Below, piece after piece: positions 38,188 through 52,521 of a stretch of 64,000 bases of DNA. This DNA comes from Spirochaetia bacterium (GTDB lineage Bacteria > Spirochaetota > Spirochaetia > SZUA-6 > Bin103). The translations under genes and the position numbers were made by a program. Below the pieces are notes generated by a model. That model had not been told where the DNA came from. It did no database searches and worked only from the letters and a program-made list of their open reading frames with translations. The DNA lies in contig CBDBOV010000005.1 in the NCBI GenBank assembly GCA_965208575.1, positions 352,001-416,000 on the forward strand. The letters are read 5' to 3'. The stretch's first letter is position 1; every line of letters starts with the position of its first letter.

Positions 38188-39006
38188 ATGAGGATTCTGG
38201 TCACAAACGACGATGGGATTGATTCGCCCGGCATCCGGGCTCTCGCCGAAGCGATGAGCCGGGTCGGGGAGGTGCTCGTAGTTGCCCCGGACCGCCAGCA
38301 GAGCGGCGTTGGCACCGCCGTATCCTTTCATGACGGCCTTGCTGCTGCGGAACGGGACACTGCCATCGAGGGGGCGCGCGCCTATGCGGTCAGTGGCACA
38401 CCGAGCGATTGTGTGATCCTTGGCCTCGGGCCACTCGCCGACGGGACTGTCGATCTGGTCGTGTCCGGCATCAACACGGGTGCCAACGTCGGCAACGCTG
38501 TTCTCGGATCAGGGACCACCATGGCCACCCGAGTGGCTCACGCCGGCGGTGCCAGGATCCCTTCGATTGCGATCTCGCTGAGTCTGCGTGGGCCGCAGGA
38601 TCACCGGGAGCCGCTCTTCCACCTTGCCGCCGCGGTCTCGGAGTTGCTGGCGCACAGCATGGCGGAGGGAGAAATGCCGGCCGGCATTACGCTCAACGTG
38701 AACGTCCCTAGTGTCCCCCGCGGAGAGATCCGCGGCATCGCCGTCACCAGACTCTCTCCTATTGGATACTGGCGATTGAGAACCGAACAGGACGGCGACG
38801 GTCTTTACCACAACAAGCTCTCAGCACTCGCAGCGGACCATCCCGACATCGTAGAGGGGACCGATGTCTGGGCTCTCAACAGGGGGCTCATCTCCGTCAC
38901 ACCGTTACGCCTTGAGGTCACCGACGATAGCCTCCTGCCAACGCTGGGCGAGCACGCGCGTCGCTTGGAGTCCGCTCTCGAGCGGATCGTTGCGGAGGTT
39001 CCGTGA
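38188..39006 (+). CDS. surE: 5'/3'-nucleotidase SurE
   Basis: MRILVTNDDG, GTPSDCV, SGINTGAN and ISVTPL motifs. Confidence 0.92.
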   Translation: MRILVTNDDGIDSPGIRALAEAMSRVGEVLVVAPDRQQSGVGTAVSFHDGLAAAERDTAIEGARAYAVSGTPSDCVILGLGPLADGTVDLVVSGINTGANVGNAVLGSGTTMATRVAHAGGARIPSIAISLSLRGPQDHREPLFHLAAAVSELLAHSMAEGEMPAGITLNVNVPSVPRGEIRGIAVTRLSPIGYWRLRTEQDGDGLYHNKLSALAADHPDIVEGTDVWALNRGLISVTPLRLEVTDDSLLPTLGEHARRLESALERIVAEVP

Positions 39007-39089
39007 CAGGCCGACCGGGCGACCGGCCGATGACCTTCTGATCGGGTATGCAGTCTGACCAACGGCGCCGCTCTTGGCCCATTCCGTCC

Positions 39090-39600
39090 GATCACTACCC
39101 ATGTCTCGCTTCAGGTCCTGGTCGATCCAGATGCGGGAGAATACGGCATTACGGTCGCCCCATCCCAGGTCTATTTCACCGTTGTAACCCTTGACCCAGC
39201 TCTGATTCACGTTGAACTGCGGAGGCTTGGGACTCCACACCAGCGCGTGGATCTGTGCCAGGTACAGATCGATCTCTCTGACCACCCTCTGCTGCTCCTC
39301 GACGTTGTCAGCGGCTTGAGCCGCATCAAACAAGGCGTCAAACTGCGGGTCCTGGAGTCCGGTTGTGCTCGCTCCGGTGCCGGATTTCCCTACCGAGCTC
39401 GAGTGGTACCCTCTTATCGCTTCCAATGCATCGAAGTCGTAGGATGACACCGTACTTGACATACCCTTATAGACAAGCCCTTGCGCAGCGGCGATCCAAG
39501 CAGGTCGGTCCACGACAATGACCTCGACATCAACGCCAATCTTCTTCCAGTACTCGGCGGCCAATTGATAGTAGTCGACATCCAAGGTGTCAATGATTAT
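39090..39600 (-). pseudogene. C-terminal remnant of a family-5 SBP, unit D
   Basis: YWKKIGVDV, WVKGYNGE and RIWIDQDLKRDMG. The 5' part of the gene and the stop codon are lost. Confidence 0.85.
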
Positions 39601-39637
39601 CAAGTCGAAGGCGTCTCCATGACCTTCACCAGGAATC

Positions 39638-39819
39638 GGAGCGAGCGCTTATTGATTCAGAGCTAATTAGTTGCGGGGTACCGCCGGGGGGGGGTAGGAC
39701 AGGCCGAGCTGTCAACCGGTGGTGTGTGCTCGGTGTGGTCGATTGCTTATGGTTGTGCATCATCCGTCCAGCGGCCCCGTGGCAACAGCCACCATATACC
39801 ACGGTGCAACTGCCGTCAA
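39638..39819 (-). promoter_or_regulatory. Divergent leader copy D: TTGACG-N17-TATGGT promoter and uORF MMHNHKQ...HRLTARPVLPPPG with a C9 tract
   Basis: Promoter at 39791-39819, CACCGGTTGAC, and TCCTAC9GG (G9 at 39686-39694). Confidence 0.65.
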
Positions 39820-39859
39820 ACGCGCATGCGCACACGATGCGCACACCCGCAGGGCGCGT

Positions 39860-40282
39860 TCATCCCCGCGCGAGGTACAGGGAATTCTCGCGCACCGCAA
39901 GGAGATCTGAAGCAATGACCGCGAGGTCGGAGAAGAAACGTTGCTCATCGGGTTGAGCGCGCCACAGAATCGTGGCGAACAGGTGCTGCGGGAAGGAGCA
40001 CACCAGGTCCGCGACGGTGGCCGCGTCGATCCCGGCCTCTTTCTGGTTTGCTTCGGCCATGACGTCGGACCAATGGAACGGCCTGCGGGTACAGATCGCC
40101 CAGAGATTCGCGATGTCCTTGCTCTCCAACCGGTATTCGGAATACCGGAATCCGAAGTAGTGTCTATGAAGCGCGGTACCACCGGTCAGATAGAACGGTG
40201 CGTCGCAAGCGGCGAGCGTGCTCAGCACTCCATTCTGCAGGGGGTACAGGTTCTCCTCGTAATAGGCGTCGGATTCGTGCAT
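39860..40282 (-). pseudogene. AbiEii-like nucleotidyltransferase with an internal deletion
   Basis: FYLTGGTALHRHY..RYSE is joined directly to the C-terminal R.ESKD..LW. The DxD motif and middle of the gene are missing. Confidence 0.75.
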
Positions 40283-40538
40283 AACGCTCCCGCAAGGGCG
40301 GCGGCCAAAGCCGCCCAATCGTCTCCGGAGTCAACAAGGCCCGGACTTCATCGAGCGTCAACGTCGTTACGACGCGCTGCCACGGCATCGTCTGCAGCAT
40401 TCGCACGAACAGTGCCGGCTTGTCGAGATGGCCGACCCGCTCGCGACGCCCGCGCAGTACTTCTGCCACCTCCTCGGGCCGGCAGCGGTAGTCCCATACG
40501 AGCGTCCTTGCAAGACGAGCCAGTTCCCGGTCGCCCAT
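40164..40538 (-). CDS. Hypothetical protein, probable antitoxin partner of the AbiEii-like gene
   Basis: 124 aa with a LVWDY motif, overlapping the 5' end of the nucleotidyltransferase. Confidence 0.6.
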   Translation of the reverse strand: MGDRELARLARTLVWDYRCRPEEVAEVLRGRRERVGHLDKPALFVRMLQTMPWQRVVTTLTLDEVRALLTPETIGRLWPPPLRERYARIRRLLRGEPVPPAEWSAEHARRLRRTVLSDRWYRAS

Positions 40539-40606
40539 CGTACCAATGTAGTACCAATCAGCGGAGCTGCCAAATCAGGGTACCGGCTACGTGCCGCGGG
40601 CGACGG

Positions 40607-41347
40607 TTACGGCGGGTCGATGCCGGTGATGAAGGTCAGGACCTTGTCCATCCAGCCGTTGAGCGTGCGGTACTTGGCCGATTCCGCGGCCAGGATGCGC
40701 TGCTCGGCCTGCACGTACATCGACGGCACCAGCTCGGCGCGGCAGTGCTCGACCAGCGCGCGGGCGCTGTCCGGGGTGGTGTCGAGGTGAAACTGCATGC
40801 CGATCACCGAGTCGCCGAGCTGAAACGCCTGGTTCAGCGCCGCGTTGCTGCGCGCCAGGCGGACCGCTCCCTCCGGCAGGTCGAAGGTGTCGCCGTGCCA
40901 GTGAAACACCTCCAGGAATGGCGGAAAGCGGAACGTGGCCGGCTGCTCGGCGCCCGAATCGCCAGCGCCGTCACCGCCGTGAGCGCCGGCGGGCGCCACG
41001 CCCTGGATCGGCAGCCAGCCGATCTCCTTGACCTTGTTGGGGTACACCGCCGCTCCGCAGGCGCTGGCAATCAGCTGTGCGCCCAGGCACACCCCCAGCA
41101 CCGGCCGCCCCAGTTCGATGGCGGCGCGGATGAACCGCTTCTCCGCCGCCAGCCAGGGATGCTGCTCCTCGTCGTTGACGCTCATCGGGCCGCCCATCGC
41201 CACCACGAGATCCACGTCGGCGGGTGGCGGCAACTCGGTCGAGTCGTAAAACCGCGTCGCGGTCACCTGGTACCCGGCGCGGTGCAGCCAGGACTCGATG
41301 CTGCCCAACCCTTCGAACGGAACGTGTTGCAGATAGTGCGCGCGCAC
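40607..41347 (-). CDS. Type 1 glutamine amidotransferase
   Basis: LQHVPFEG, MGGPMSV, GVCLGAQL, WHGDTF and MQFH motifs. Confidence 0.9.
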   Translation of the reverse strand: MRAHYLQHVPFEGLGSIESWLHRAGYQVTATRFYDSTELPPPADVDLVVAMGGPMSVNDEEQHPWLAAEKRFIRAAIELGRPVLGVCLGAQLIASACGAAVYPNKVKEIGWLPIQGVAPAGAHGGDGAGDSGAEQPATFRFPPFLEVFHWHGDTFDLPEGAVRLARSNAALNQAFQLGDSVIGMQFHLDTTPDSARALVEHCRAELVPSMYVQAEQRILAAESAKYRTLNGWMDKVLTFITGIDPP

Positions 41348-41430
41348 GGATCACCTCAGGTCATGTGGTCTTGCGGCCGCCGCGGCGGCCACGGCGCCAT
41401 AGTAGCCTGGAATGTGGTATGGTGGTGTCG

Positions 41431-42188
41431 ATGGCTGTGCAGGCGGATCAGGCAACACGCGAGCGTTTCGCGCCGGCGCCGGGCCACGGAGCCGAACGTG
41501 CCGCGGGCAAGCCGTTGCCGCTGGAGAACGGCGACCGGCTCTCGCGCAACGAGTTCGAACGGCGCTATACCGCTCGGCCGGATCTCAAGAAAGCAGAGTT
41601 GATCGAGGGGGTCGTGTACATGCCATCACCGGTACGCGCTGCCAGTCATGCCGAGCCGCATGCGGCGATTCTTGGATGGCTGGTGACCTACTGCGCATCG
41701 ACGCCCGGGGTGCGCGCGGCCGACAACGCAACGGTGCGGCTCGACCTGGACAACGAACCGCAACCCGACGCGCTGCTTCGTATCGTCCCGGCGGCGGGGG
41801 GCGCACGATGATGAGCGCCGACGACTACATCGACGGCGCGCCGGAGCTGATCGTGGAGATCGCCGCCAGCAGCGCCGCGATCGACCTGCACGACAAGCTG
41901 CGTGCCTATCGGCGCAACGGAGTGCAGGAGTACCTGGTATGGCGGGTGTTGGAACGGCAGATCGACTGGTTCGTGCTGACCGGCGGCGAGTACCGGCCGC
42001 TGGCCGCGACCGCGAGCGGCATGCTCGAGAGCCGCGTGTTCCCCGGCCTGCGCCTGGCGGTGGATGCGCTGCTGCAAGGAGACCTTGCCGGGGTACTTGC
42101 CGAGTTGCGAAACGGTCTGAGCATCCCGCAGCACGCCGAGTTTGTCGAGCACCTGCGGGCAGCGGAGGCAGCGGAGGACGATTCCTGA
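41431..42188 (+). pseudogene. Uma2-family endonuclease, frameshifted in a G6 run
   Basis: LENGDRL, AELIEG and EPQPD are in one frame. APELIVEIA and GVQEYLVW are in another. The shift is at 41796-41801. Confidence 0.82.
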
Positions 42189-42234
42189 GGTTGCAGCGAC
42201 TGAGGCGGACGCCGCCGGTGTGATCGACGCTACC

Positions 42235-42305
42235 TTGCGTAGTGCACGTCGCTGCCGCAGATGCCGGCCGCGGCCACCTTCACCAGGATGTCGCCGTCGC
42301 CCACC
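42235..42305 (-). pseudogene. Orphan fragment of a zinc alcohol dehydrogenase (GDGDILVKVAAAGICGSDVHY)
   Basis: GICGSD motif with no start and no continuation. Confidence 0.7.
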
Positions 42306-42434
42306 GCCGGGACGTCGCCCTCCCGCACCTCGATGCCCGGTGCCTGCCTCACCTCATGACCGCCTTCACGACGGGGCCAGTATGAACGTGCACCCGGCGT
42401 TGTTGGGATGCACGCTTGTGTCTACGATAGAGGC

Positions 42435-43607
42435 GTGCGAGTAATCAGTGTCGAAACGCGCCACTGCGATGCTGGCTGGCGCAACTACCATTTCGTGAAG
42501 CTCACGGCCGACGACGGCGTCGTGGGCTGGAGCGAGTACGACGAGCACCAGGGAGCCACCGGCGTGACCAGCGTGGTGGAGCGGATGGCCCCGTCCGTGG
42601 TAGGCGAGCGCGTGCAGGACAACGAACGGGTGTTCGCCCGGCTGCACGCGCAGGCGCGCCAGTCGATGTCGGGCGTCATGGCGATGGGGATCGGGGCGAT
42701 CGAGAACGCCCTGCTCGACGCCAAGGCCAAGCTGCTCGGCGTGCCGTGCTGCGATCTGCTCGGCGGCCGGGTGCGCGACCGCATCCGGGTGTACTGGTCG
42801 CACTGCGGCACCTGGCGCATCGCCCATCCCGGCCAGTACGGCCCGGTGATCACCGGCCTGGACGGCATCCGGGCGCTGGGCGAAGAGGTGCGGGAGGCGG
42901 GCTTCACCGCGCTCAAGACCAACATCTTCGACTACGGCGGCGAACGGGTGACCGGCTGGGCTCCCGGCTTCGGGCGCCCGTTTCAGCCCGACCAGAACGT
43001 GGAGCGGCACATCATCCGCCAGCTCCGCGGCCACCTGGAGGCGTTCCGCGACGGCGCCGGGCCGGACGTGGACATTCTGGTCGACCTCAACTACAACGCC
43101 CGGCCGGAGGGCTACCTGCGAATCCTGCGGGCGCTGGCCGATCTGGACATCTTCTGGTTCGAGATCGACTCGCCGCACCCGGAGGCGCTGGCCGACGTGC
43201 GGCGCGGCAGCCCGCACGCGATCGCCTCGTGCGAGTCGCTCATCACCCCGACCGCGTATCTGCCGTTCCTGCGGTTGCAGGCGATGGACGTGGCGATCAT
43301 TGACGCGGTGTGGAACGGCGCCTGGCAGTCGCTGAAAGTCGCCGCGCTCGCCGAAGCCCACCAGGTGAACGTGGCGCCGCACAACTACTACGGCCACTTG
43401 GCGACGATGATCAGCGCCCACCTGTGCGCGGCGGTCACCAACCTGCGCATCATGGAGACCGACGTCGACCGCGGCCCGTGGGACGACGAGTTGTTCACCG
43501 CGGCGCCCGACATCCGCGACGGCCACCTGCACGTGCCCGATACCCCCGGCTGGGGCACGGAGCCGGACGAGGCCGCGCTCGCCCGTCACCCGCCCAAGGA
43601 ACATTGA
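42435..43607 (+). CDS. Mandelate racemase/muconate lactonizing enzyme family protein
   Basis: IENALLDAKAK, KTN, DLN, WFE and VAPHN motifs. Confidence 0.9.
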   Translation: MRVISVETRHCDAGWRNYHFVKLTADDGVVGWSEYDEHQGATGVTSVVERMAPSVVGERVQDNERVFARLHAQARQSMSGVMAMGIGAIENALLDAKAKLLGVPCCDLLGGRVRDRIRVYWSHCGTWRIAHPGQYGPVITGLDGIRALGEEVREAGFTALKTNIFDYGGERVTGWAPGFGRPFQPDQNVERHIIRQLRGHLEAFRDGAGPDVDILVDLNYNARPEGYLRILRALADLDIFWFEIDSPHPEALADVRRGSPHAIASCESLITPTAYLPFLRLQAMDVAIIDAVWNGAWQSLKVAALAEAHQVNVAPHNYYGHLATMISAHLCAAVTNLRIMETDVDRGPWDDELFTAAPDIRDGHLHVPDTPGWGTEPDEAALARHPPKEH

Positions 43608-43670
43608 GCGCCGCGGCGTGCCGCGCCGCGTGGTTGACAGACGGCGCCGCGAAAATGCCTAGTGGACAGC

Positions 43671-44654
43671 ATGGCGAACGGTGACGAACGGGTATTCGTG
43701 GGCACGGTAGGAGAGGGGCTGTACATCAGCAACGACGGCGGTGAGACCTTCAAGCGTCCGTCAAACAACGGCCTGTACATCGAGGGCGAGGTAAGGGCGC
43801 TGGCCTCGCATCCCGACACCCCGGCCCGCATCTTCGCCGGCACCCACGCCGGCGTGTATCGCTCCACCGACGGCGGCAACAACTGGCAGCGACTGGACAG
43901 CCCCATGGACGGCATGCAGGTGTGGGCGCTGATGGTGCTGCCCGGCGATCCGGACACGGTGTTCGCGGGCACCCGCCCGGCGGGCATCTACCGCTCCACC
44001 GACGCCGGCGACACCTGGCAGGACGCGCAGCTCGGCGCGAGCACCGAGTGCCCGGTGATCGAGTTCACCCGTATCACCACCATCGTTGCGGACCCGATTG
44101 CCCCGCGCGGCGTGTGGGTAGGGGTGGAGATCGACGGCGCCTTCCGCAGCGACGACGCCGGCGACACCTGGAGCCGGCACGCGGACGGGCTCTCTTCGCT
44201 GGACGTGCACGGCATGGTGGTGGTTCCGGTCGACGGCTCGCGCACCCTGGTGGCGGCGACCAACAACGGCGTCAACGTAAGCGGCGACGAGGGCGCGAGC
44301 TGGCGGCGCCAGGATCTGAGCGGCATCGCGCCGTGGAACTACTTCCGCGGCATCCGGCAGCAGGCGGGGCGGCCCGAGACCATCTTCCTGGGCAACGGCA
44401 ACGGGCCGCCCGGATCGGAAGGTGCGGTGCTGCGTTCGCGGGACGGCGGTACGAGCTGGCAGCGGATGGCGCTGCCGGTCGATCCCAACTCCACCATCTG
44501 GGACTACGCGACGCACACCGCCGACCCCGACCTGGTGTACGCGTACACCTGTTCCGGCGAGTTGTACCGCTCCGCCGACGGCGGCGACCGGTGGGACAAG
44601 ATGCGCCACGAGTTCGGCGAGATTCGCGCTCTGATGTGGGCTCCGGCGCGATAG
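43671..44654 (+). CDS. BNR/Asp-box beta-propeller protein (Ycf48/VPS10-like)
   Basis: Seven SxD(G/A/E)GxxW/F repeats. Confidence 0.85.
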   Translation: MANGDERVFVGTVGEGLYISNDGGETFKRPSNNGLYIEGEVRALASHPDTPARIFAGTHAGVYRSTDGGNNWQRLDSPMDGMQVWALMVLPGDPDTVFAGTRPAGIYRSTDAGDTWQDAQLGASTECPVIEFTRITTIVADPIAPRGVWVGVEIDGAFRSDDAGDTWSRHADGLSSLDVHGMVVVPVDGSRTLVAATNNGVNVSGDEGASWRRQDLSGIAPWNYFRGIRQQAGRPETIFLGNGNGPPGSEGAVLRSRDGGTSWQRMALPVDPNSTIWDYATHTADPDLVYAYTCSGELYRSADGGDRWDKMRHEFGEIRALMWAPAR

Positions 44655-44676
44655 CACGCGAGATAGCCGCGGGCAG

Positions 44677-44705
44677 TTGACGGCGCCGCTTTGATGGAGT
44701 AGCAT
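44677..44705 (+). promoter_or_regulatory. Sigma70-like promoter of the pyr operon, TTGACG-N17-TAGCAT
   Basis: Directly upstream of the PyrR site. Confidence 0.75.
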
Positions 44706-44711
44706 ACGTCC

Positions 44712-44746
44712 ATCCTTTAACCCGGTCCCGCGAGGCCGGAAAGGAC
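44712..44746 (+). promoter_or_regulatory. PyrR-binding RNA element
   Basis: CCTTTAA-CCCG-GTCCCGCGAGGCCGG-AAAGG fits the CUUUAA...RUCCNGNGAGGY consensus. Confidence 0.85.
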
Positions 44747-44776
44747 GGACACTTGAACTCTGATCTTGTAACAACG

Positions 44777-44850
44777 AATAGTCGGCGAAGTCTCCGGCTC
44801 GCGCGCAACGGCAACGCAAGCGTGCGGGCGCCAGGAGGCTATTTTTTTGT
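44777..44850 (+). terminator. Putative attenuator terminator of the pyr leader
   Basis: Imperfect stem (aatagtc...ggctatt) ending in T7. Confidence 0.55.
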
Positions 44851-44879
44851 CCACTTTGCCTTACGGACTGGGAGGGAGT

Positions 44880-45530
44880 ATGGCGACGGCTGAACCACAT
44901 ACCCGGAGGCACGGTCCCTCCGTGACGCCAGAGACCATGGAAACCGGTGTACCGGGTTCGTCCGCCGGACACGAATCCCGGTCCCGCCACCGGGAGCGGC
45001 GCATCCTGGACGCGGCAGACCTGGCGCGCTGCCTGAGGCGGCTGGCGCACGAGGTGGTGGAGCGCAACCGTGATGTCGGCCAGGTGGTGTTCGTCGGGAT
45101 CCGCACCCGCGGCGTGCCGCTGGCGCGCCGCCTGCAGCAGACGGTGAGCGAGATCACCGGGACCGAGCCGCCGCTCGGCATCCTCGACATCAGTCTGTAC
45201 CGCGACGACCTGAGCCACGTAGCCAACGCACCAGTGGTGGGCAGGACCGAGATCGACTTCGCGCTCGAAGATCGCGTCGTGGTGCTGGTCGACGACGTAC
45301 TGTACACCGGGCGCACCACCCGTGCCGCGCTCGACGCGCTGATGGCGTTCGGTCGGCCGCGCCGTATCCAGCTCGCCGTGGTGATCGACCGCGGCCACCG
45401 CGAGTATCCGATCCGCGCCGACTACGTGGGCAAGAATGTGCCCACCAGCAGTGCGGAAATCGTGCACGTGCGGCTCACCGACACCGACCCCGTCGAAGAG
45501 GTAGTGATCGCACACCGTGGGGAGCAGTAA
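44880..45530 (+). CDS. pyrR: Pyrimidine operon attenuation protein/uracil phosphoribosyltransferase
   Basis: [26 protein letters not shown] and DRGHREYPI motifs. Start uncertain. Confidence 0.95.
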   Translation: MATAEPHTRRHGPSVTPETMETGVPGSSAGHESRSRHRERRILDAADLARCLRRLAHEVVERNRDVGQVVFVGIRTRGVPLARRLQQTVSEITGTEPPLGILDISLYRDDLSHVANAPVVGRTEIDFALEDRVVVLVDDVLYTGRTTRAALDALMAFGRPRRIQLAVVIDRGHREYPIRADYVGKNVPTSSAEIVHVRLTDTDPVEEVVIAHRGEQ

Positions 45531-46749
45531 GGTGCGCCCCGCAACGGCATCCGGTCCCACGACGGCGGTTCCGGCGATCGCCGATTCGATTCTCGTTGCT
45601 TCGGGTGCCGGCGGTGCGGCGGCCGCCGCTCCGGCAGCGGCCGATTCGGGCCGCGTGCATCCGACGCCCGCCGCACCAGTGCCCGCGCGCGGCGAGAGTG
45701 CCGGGTTGGCGCAGCCCACCGTGTCCTGGCGGCGCAAGGACCTGCTCTCGCTGGAGGAGCTGGACCGCACCGAAATCGAGCTGTTGCTCGACACTGCCGA
45801 GTCGTTCAAGGAGGTGTCCTCCCGGCAGGTGAAGAAGGTGCCGGCGCTGCGCGGCAAGACCATCGCCAACATGTTCTTCGAGTCCTCCACCCGCACGCGC
45901 ACCAGCTTCGAGCTCGCCGCCAAGCGCCTGTCCGCGGACACCATCAACTTCCAGGGCTCCACCTCCAGCGTGCAGAAGGGCGAGAGCCTGATCGACACCG
46001 CCAAAACCATCGAGGCGATGCAGGTGGACACCGTGGTGGTGCGGCACGCCTCCTCGGGCTCCGCCGAGCTGCTCGCCAGGGAGCTGGCCGCCGGCGTGGT
46101 CAACGCCGGCGACGGCATCCACGAGCATCCCACCCAGGGGCTGATCGACCTGTTCACCATCCGCGAGCACCTGCCGCTGGAGGGACTGCACGTGTGCCTG
46201 GTGGGCGATATCCTGCACTCGCGCGTGGCGCGCTCCAACCTGTGGGGCCTGCGCAAGCTCGGCGCGGTGGTGACGGTGTGCGGTCCGCCGACGCTGATTC
46301 CGCACGGCATCGAGCAACTGGGCGCCACGGTCTCCTACGATCTCGACGAGGTGATCGAGGATGCCGACGTGCTCAACATCCTGCGCATCCAGTTCGAGCG
46401 GCAGCGCGGCGCCTACTTCCCGTCGGTGCGCGAGTACGCGGTCGAGTACGGGCTGTCGCGAGAGCGCCTGCAGCGCGCCAAGCCGAGCCTGCTGGTGCTG
46501 CACCCGGGGCCGATGAACCGCGGCATCGAGGTGGCGGCCGAGGTGGCCGACGGCACCCATTCGCTGATCCTCGACCAGGTGACCAACGGGGTGGCGATGC
46601 GCATGTCGGTGCTGTTTCACACCACCCTGACGCGCGAACCGGACGCGGGCAGAGCCGCGGGCACGAGCGCGGGCGCAGGCACGGGCGCAAGCGGTATCGC
46701 GGACGTGGACGGCGGCGCCGGCACCGCCTCCGCGTCCGGCGCGGAGTGA
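45517..46749 (+). CDS. pyrB: Aspartate carbamoyltransferase
   Basis: [15 protein letters not shown] and HPGPMNRG motifs. Start uncertain (alternative GTG 45721). Confidence 0.95.
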   Translation: MGSSKVRPATASGPTTAVPAIADSILVASGAGGAAAAAPAAADSGRVHPTPAAPVPARGESAGLAQPTVSWRRKDLLSLEELDRTEIELLLDTAESFKEVSSRQVKKVPALRGKTIANMFFESSTRTRTSFELAAKRLSADTINFQGSTSSVQKGESLIDTAKTIEAMQVDTVVVRHASSGSAELLARELAAGVVNAGDGIHEHPTQGLIDLFTIREHLPLEGLHVCLVGDILHSRVARSNLWGLRKLGAVVTVCGPPTLIPHGIEQLGATVSYDLDEVIEDADVLNILRIQFERQRGAYFPSVREYAVEYGLSRERLQRAKPSLLVLHPGPMNRGIEVAAEVADGTHSLILDQVTNGVAMRMSVLFHTTLTREPDAGRAAGTSAGAGTGASGIADVDGGAGTASASGAE

Positions 46750-46751
46750 CG

Positions 46752-48092
46752 ATGGAATCGATCCTGGTGCGCGGAGGCCGGCTGGTAGACCCGGCCAACG
46801 GCGTGAACGCCCTGCTCGACCTGCTGGTGGCCGACGGCCGCGTGCGGCAGGTCGGCGCCGATCTCGCGGAGGCCGCCTCACGTGCGGGCGCCCGGATCAT
46901 CGACGCGCGCGGCAAGCTGGTGTTCCCGGGCCTGATCGACGTGCACGTCCATCTGCGGCAGCCCGGTTACGAGTACAAGGAGACGATCGAGAGCGGCCTT
47001 CGTGCGGCGCTGGCGGCCGGCTTTACCGGCGTGTGCCCGATGCCCAACACCGACCCGGTTTCCGATACCCGCGCCGACATGGAGTTCCTGCGCCGCGAGG
47101 CGCGCCGCCTGGACCTGATCAACCTGTGGCCGGTGGGGGCCGTGACGGTGCGCCAGGAGGGCAAGCAGCTCACCGAATTCGGCGAGTTGCGCAACGGCGG
47201 CGCGGTGGCGCTGTCCGACGATGGCAGGCCGGTGGTGTCGTCCGCGATCCTGCGCCGGGCCCTGGAGTATGCCCGGAAGTTCGACCTGCCGCTGCTGCTG
47301 CACGAGGAGGATCTGGAGCTGTCGCAGGGCGGGGCCATCAACGAGGGGGTGGTGGCCACCCGGCTGGGGCTGATCGGCAGTCCGTGCCAGGCAGAGTCGG
47401 CGATGGTGGCGCGCGACCTGGAGATCGCGGCGCTGGCCGGCGGGCGCATCCACTTCCAGCACATCTCCTGCGGGCGGTCGGTGGAGCTGATCCGCCAGGC
47501 GCGGGCGGCCGGCATCGAAGTGTCTGCCGAGACCTGCCCGCACTACCTGTTTCTCACCGAGGAGGCGGTGCTGCGCTATAACACGCACGCCAAGATGTAC
47601 CCGCCGCTGCGCACCGCCGCCGACGTGGCCGCGGTGCGCGCCGGCGTGGCGGACGGCACCATCACGATTGTCGGCAGCGACCACGCGCCGCACGCCGACT
47701 ACGAGAAGGCCGTGGAGTTCGACCAGGCGCCCAACGGCATCACCGGGGTGGAGACGATGCTGCCAATGATGCTGGCCCTGGAGCGCGAGGGCGTGGTCAG
47801 CCTGGAGCAACTGGTGCGCATGATGGCGGTGCAGCCGGCGCGGCTGATCGGCGTCGAGCGCGGCAGCCTGGAGGTGGACGCGGTGGCCGACGTGACGGTG
47901 GTCGATCCAGGCGAGACCTGGGTCTACGACGAGACCACCGCCCACTCCAAGTCGAGCAACTCGCCGTTCTGGGGCGAGACGCTGACCGGCCGCGCCAGCG
48001 ACTGCCTGGTGGCCGGAGCGGTGCGCTTGCGCGGCGGGCGGATCGTGGCTCCGGCGCCGCAGCGGCGCGAACCCGCGGAGGCGGCGGTGTGA
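46752..48092 (+). CDS. pyrC: Dihydroorotase
   Basis: [14 protein letters not shown] and SDHAPH motifs. Confidence 0.95.
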   Translation: MESILVRGGRLVDPANGVNALLDLLVADGRVRQVGADLAEAASRAGARIIDARGKLVFPGLIDVHVHLRQPGYEYKETIESGLRAALAAGFTGVCPMPNTDPVSDTRADMEFLRREARRLDLINLWPVGAVTVRQEGKQLTEFGELRNGGAVALSDDGRPVVSSAILRRALEYARKFDLPLLLHEEDLELSQGGAINEGVVATRLGLIGSPCQAESAMVARDLEIAALAGGRIHFQHISCGRSVELIRQARAAGIEVSAETCPHYLFLTEEAVLRYNTHAKMYPPLRTAADVAAVRAGVADGTITIVGSDHAPHADYEKAVEFDQAPNGITGVETMLPMMLALEREGVVSLEQLVRMMAVQPARLIGVERGSLEVDAVADVTVVDPGETWVYDETTAHSKSSNSPFWGETLTGRASDCLVAGAVRLRGGRIVAPAPQRREPAEAAV

Positions 48093-48157
48093 CGGGGGCA
48101 CGCGTGCGGCCGGCGCCCGCGGAAGCCACCGCGCCGGGGACGGGAGGCGGCGGCGCG

Positions 48158-49291
48158 ATGACCGAACGGCGTGCCCTGCTGGCGCTGGAGGACGGCGCGC
48201 TGTTTCCGGGCCGGGCGGTCGGCGCCGACGGCGAGGTGAGCGGCGAGGTGGTGTTCAACACCGCCATGACCGGCTACCAGGAGATCCTCACCGACCCCTC
48301 CTACTCGGGGCAGTTGGTGTGCCTGACCTATCCGCTGATCGGCAATTACGGGGTCAACGAGGACGACCCCGAGTCGCGGCAGCCGTGGACGCGCGGACTG
48401 ATCGTGCGCGAGCTGGCCGCCCGCCACTCCAACTGGCGCGCCACCGGCGACCTGGGCAGCTACCTGAAGAAGCACGGCATCGTCGGTATCGACGAGGTGG
48501 ACACACGCGCGCTCACCCGCCACCTGCGCCTGCACGGCGCCAAGACCGGGGTGATCTCCACCACCGACCTCGACGCGGACTCGCTGGTGCGCAAGGCGCG
48601 CGAGGCGCCCAAGCTCGGCGAGCTGGACCTGGTCCGCGGCGTGACCACCGCGGGCATCGCGCCGCTGCGCCTGCCGGCAGACGCCTACGATCCGGTTGCC
48701 GGGCAGTCCGTGGCGGGGGCGCATCACGTGGTGGCGATCGATGCCGGGGCCAAGCACAACATCATGCGCCACCTGGCGGCGCGCGGCTGCCGCGTCACCG
48801 TGGCGCCGGCCACCGCCACCGCGGAGCAGGTCTCGGCGCTGGCGCCGGACGGCCTGTTCCTGTCCAACGGCCCCGGCGACCCGGAGCAGGCGCCCTACTT
48901 GGCCGCCACCGTGCGCCACCTGCTCGACGCGCACCGCGACCTGCCGGTGTTCGGCATCTGCCTGGGCCTGCAGATCATGAGCCTGGCCCTGGACGCCACC
49001 ATTTACAAGCTCAAGTTCGGCCACCACGGCGCCAACCACCCGGTGCGCGAGGAACGCACCGGCATCATCTCGATCACCAGCCAGAACCACGGCTACGCGG
49101 TGGACGCCGACTCCCTGCCGGCGCACCTGCGCATCACCCACGTCAACCTCAACGACGGCACCATCGAGGGCCTGGAGCACCGCTCGCGCCCAGTGTTCGC
49201 CATCCAGTACCACCCCGAAGCCGCCCCCGGCCCGCACGACGCCCAACACCTGTTCGACCGCTTCATCGACGCCATGGAGCACTCTGCCTGA
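48158..49291 (+). CDS. carA: Carbamoyl-phosphate synthase small subunit
   Basis: GEVVFNT.MTGYQE, SNGPGDP, GICLG and QYHPE motifs. Confidence 0.96.
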   Translation: MTERRALLALEDGALFPGRAVGADGEVSGEVVFNTAMTGYQEILTDPSYSGQLVCLTYPLIGNYGVNEDDPESRQPWTRGLIVRELAARHSNWRATGDLGSYLKKHGIVGIDEVDTRALTRHLRLHGAKTGVISTTDLDADSLVRKAREAPKLGELDLVRGVTTAGIAPLRLPADAYDPVAGQSVAGAHHVVAIDAGAKHNIMRHLAARGCRVTVAPATATAEQVSALAPDGLFLSNGPGDPEQAPYLAATVRHLLDAHRDLPVFGICLGLQIMSLALDATIYKLKFGHHGANHPVREERTGIISITSQNHGYAVDADSLPAHLRITHVNLNDGTIEGLEHRSRPVFAIQYHPEAAPGPHDAQHLFDRFIDAMEHSA

Positions 49292-49293
49292 AC

Positions 49294-52499
<3,206 letters not shown>

Positions 52500-52521
<22 letters not shown>

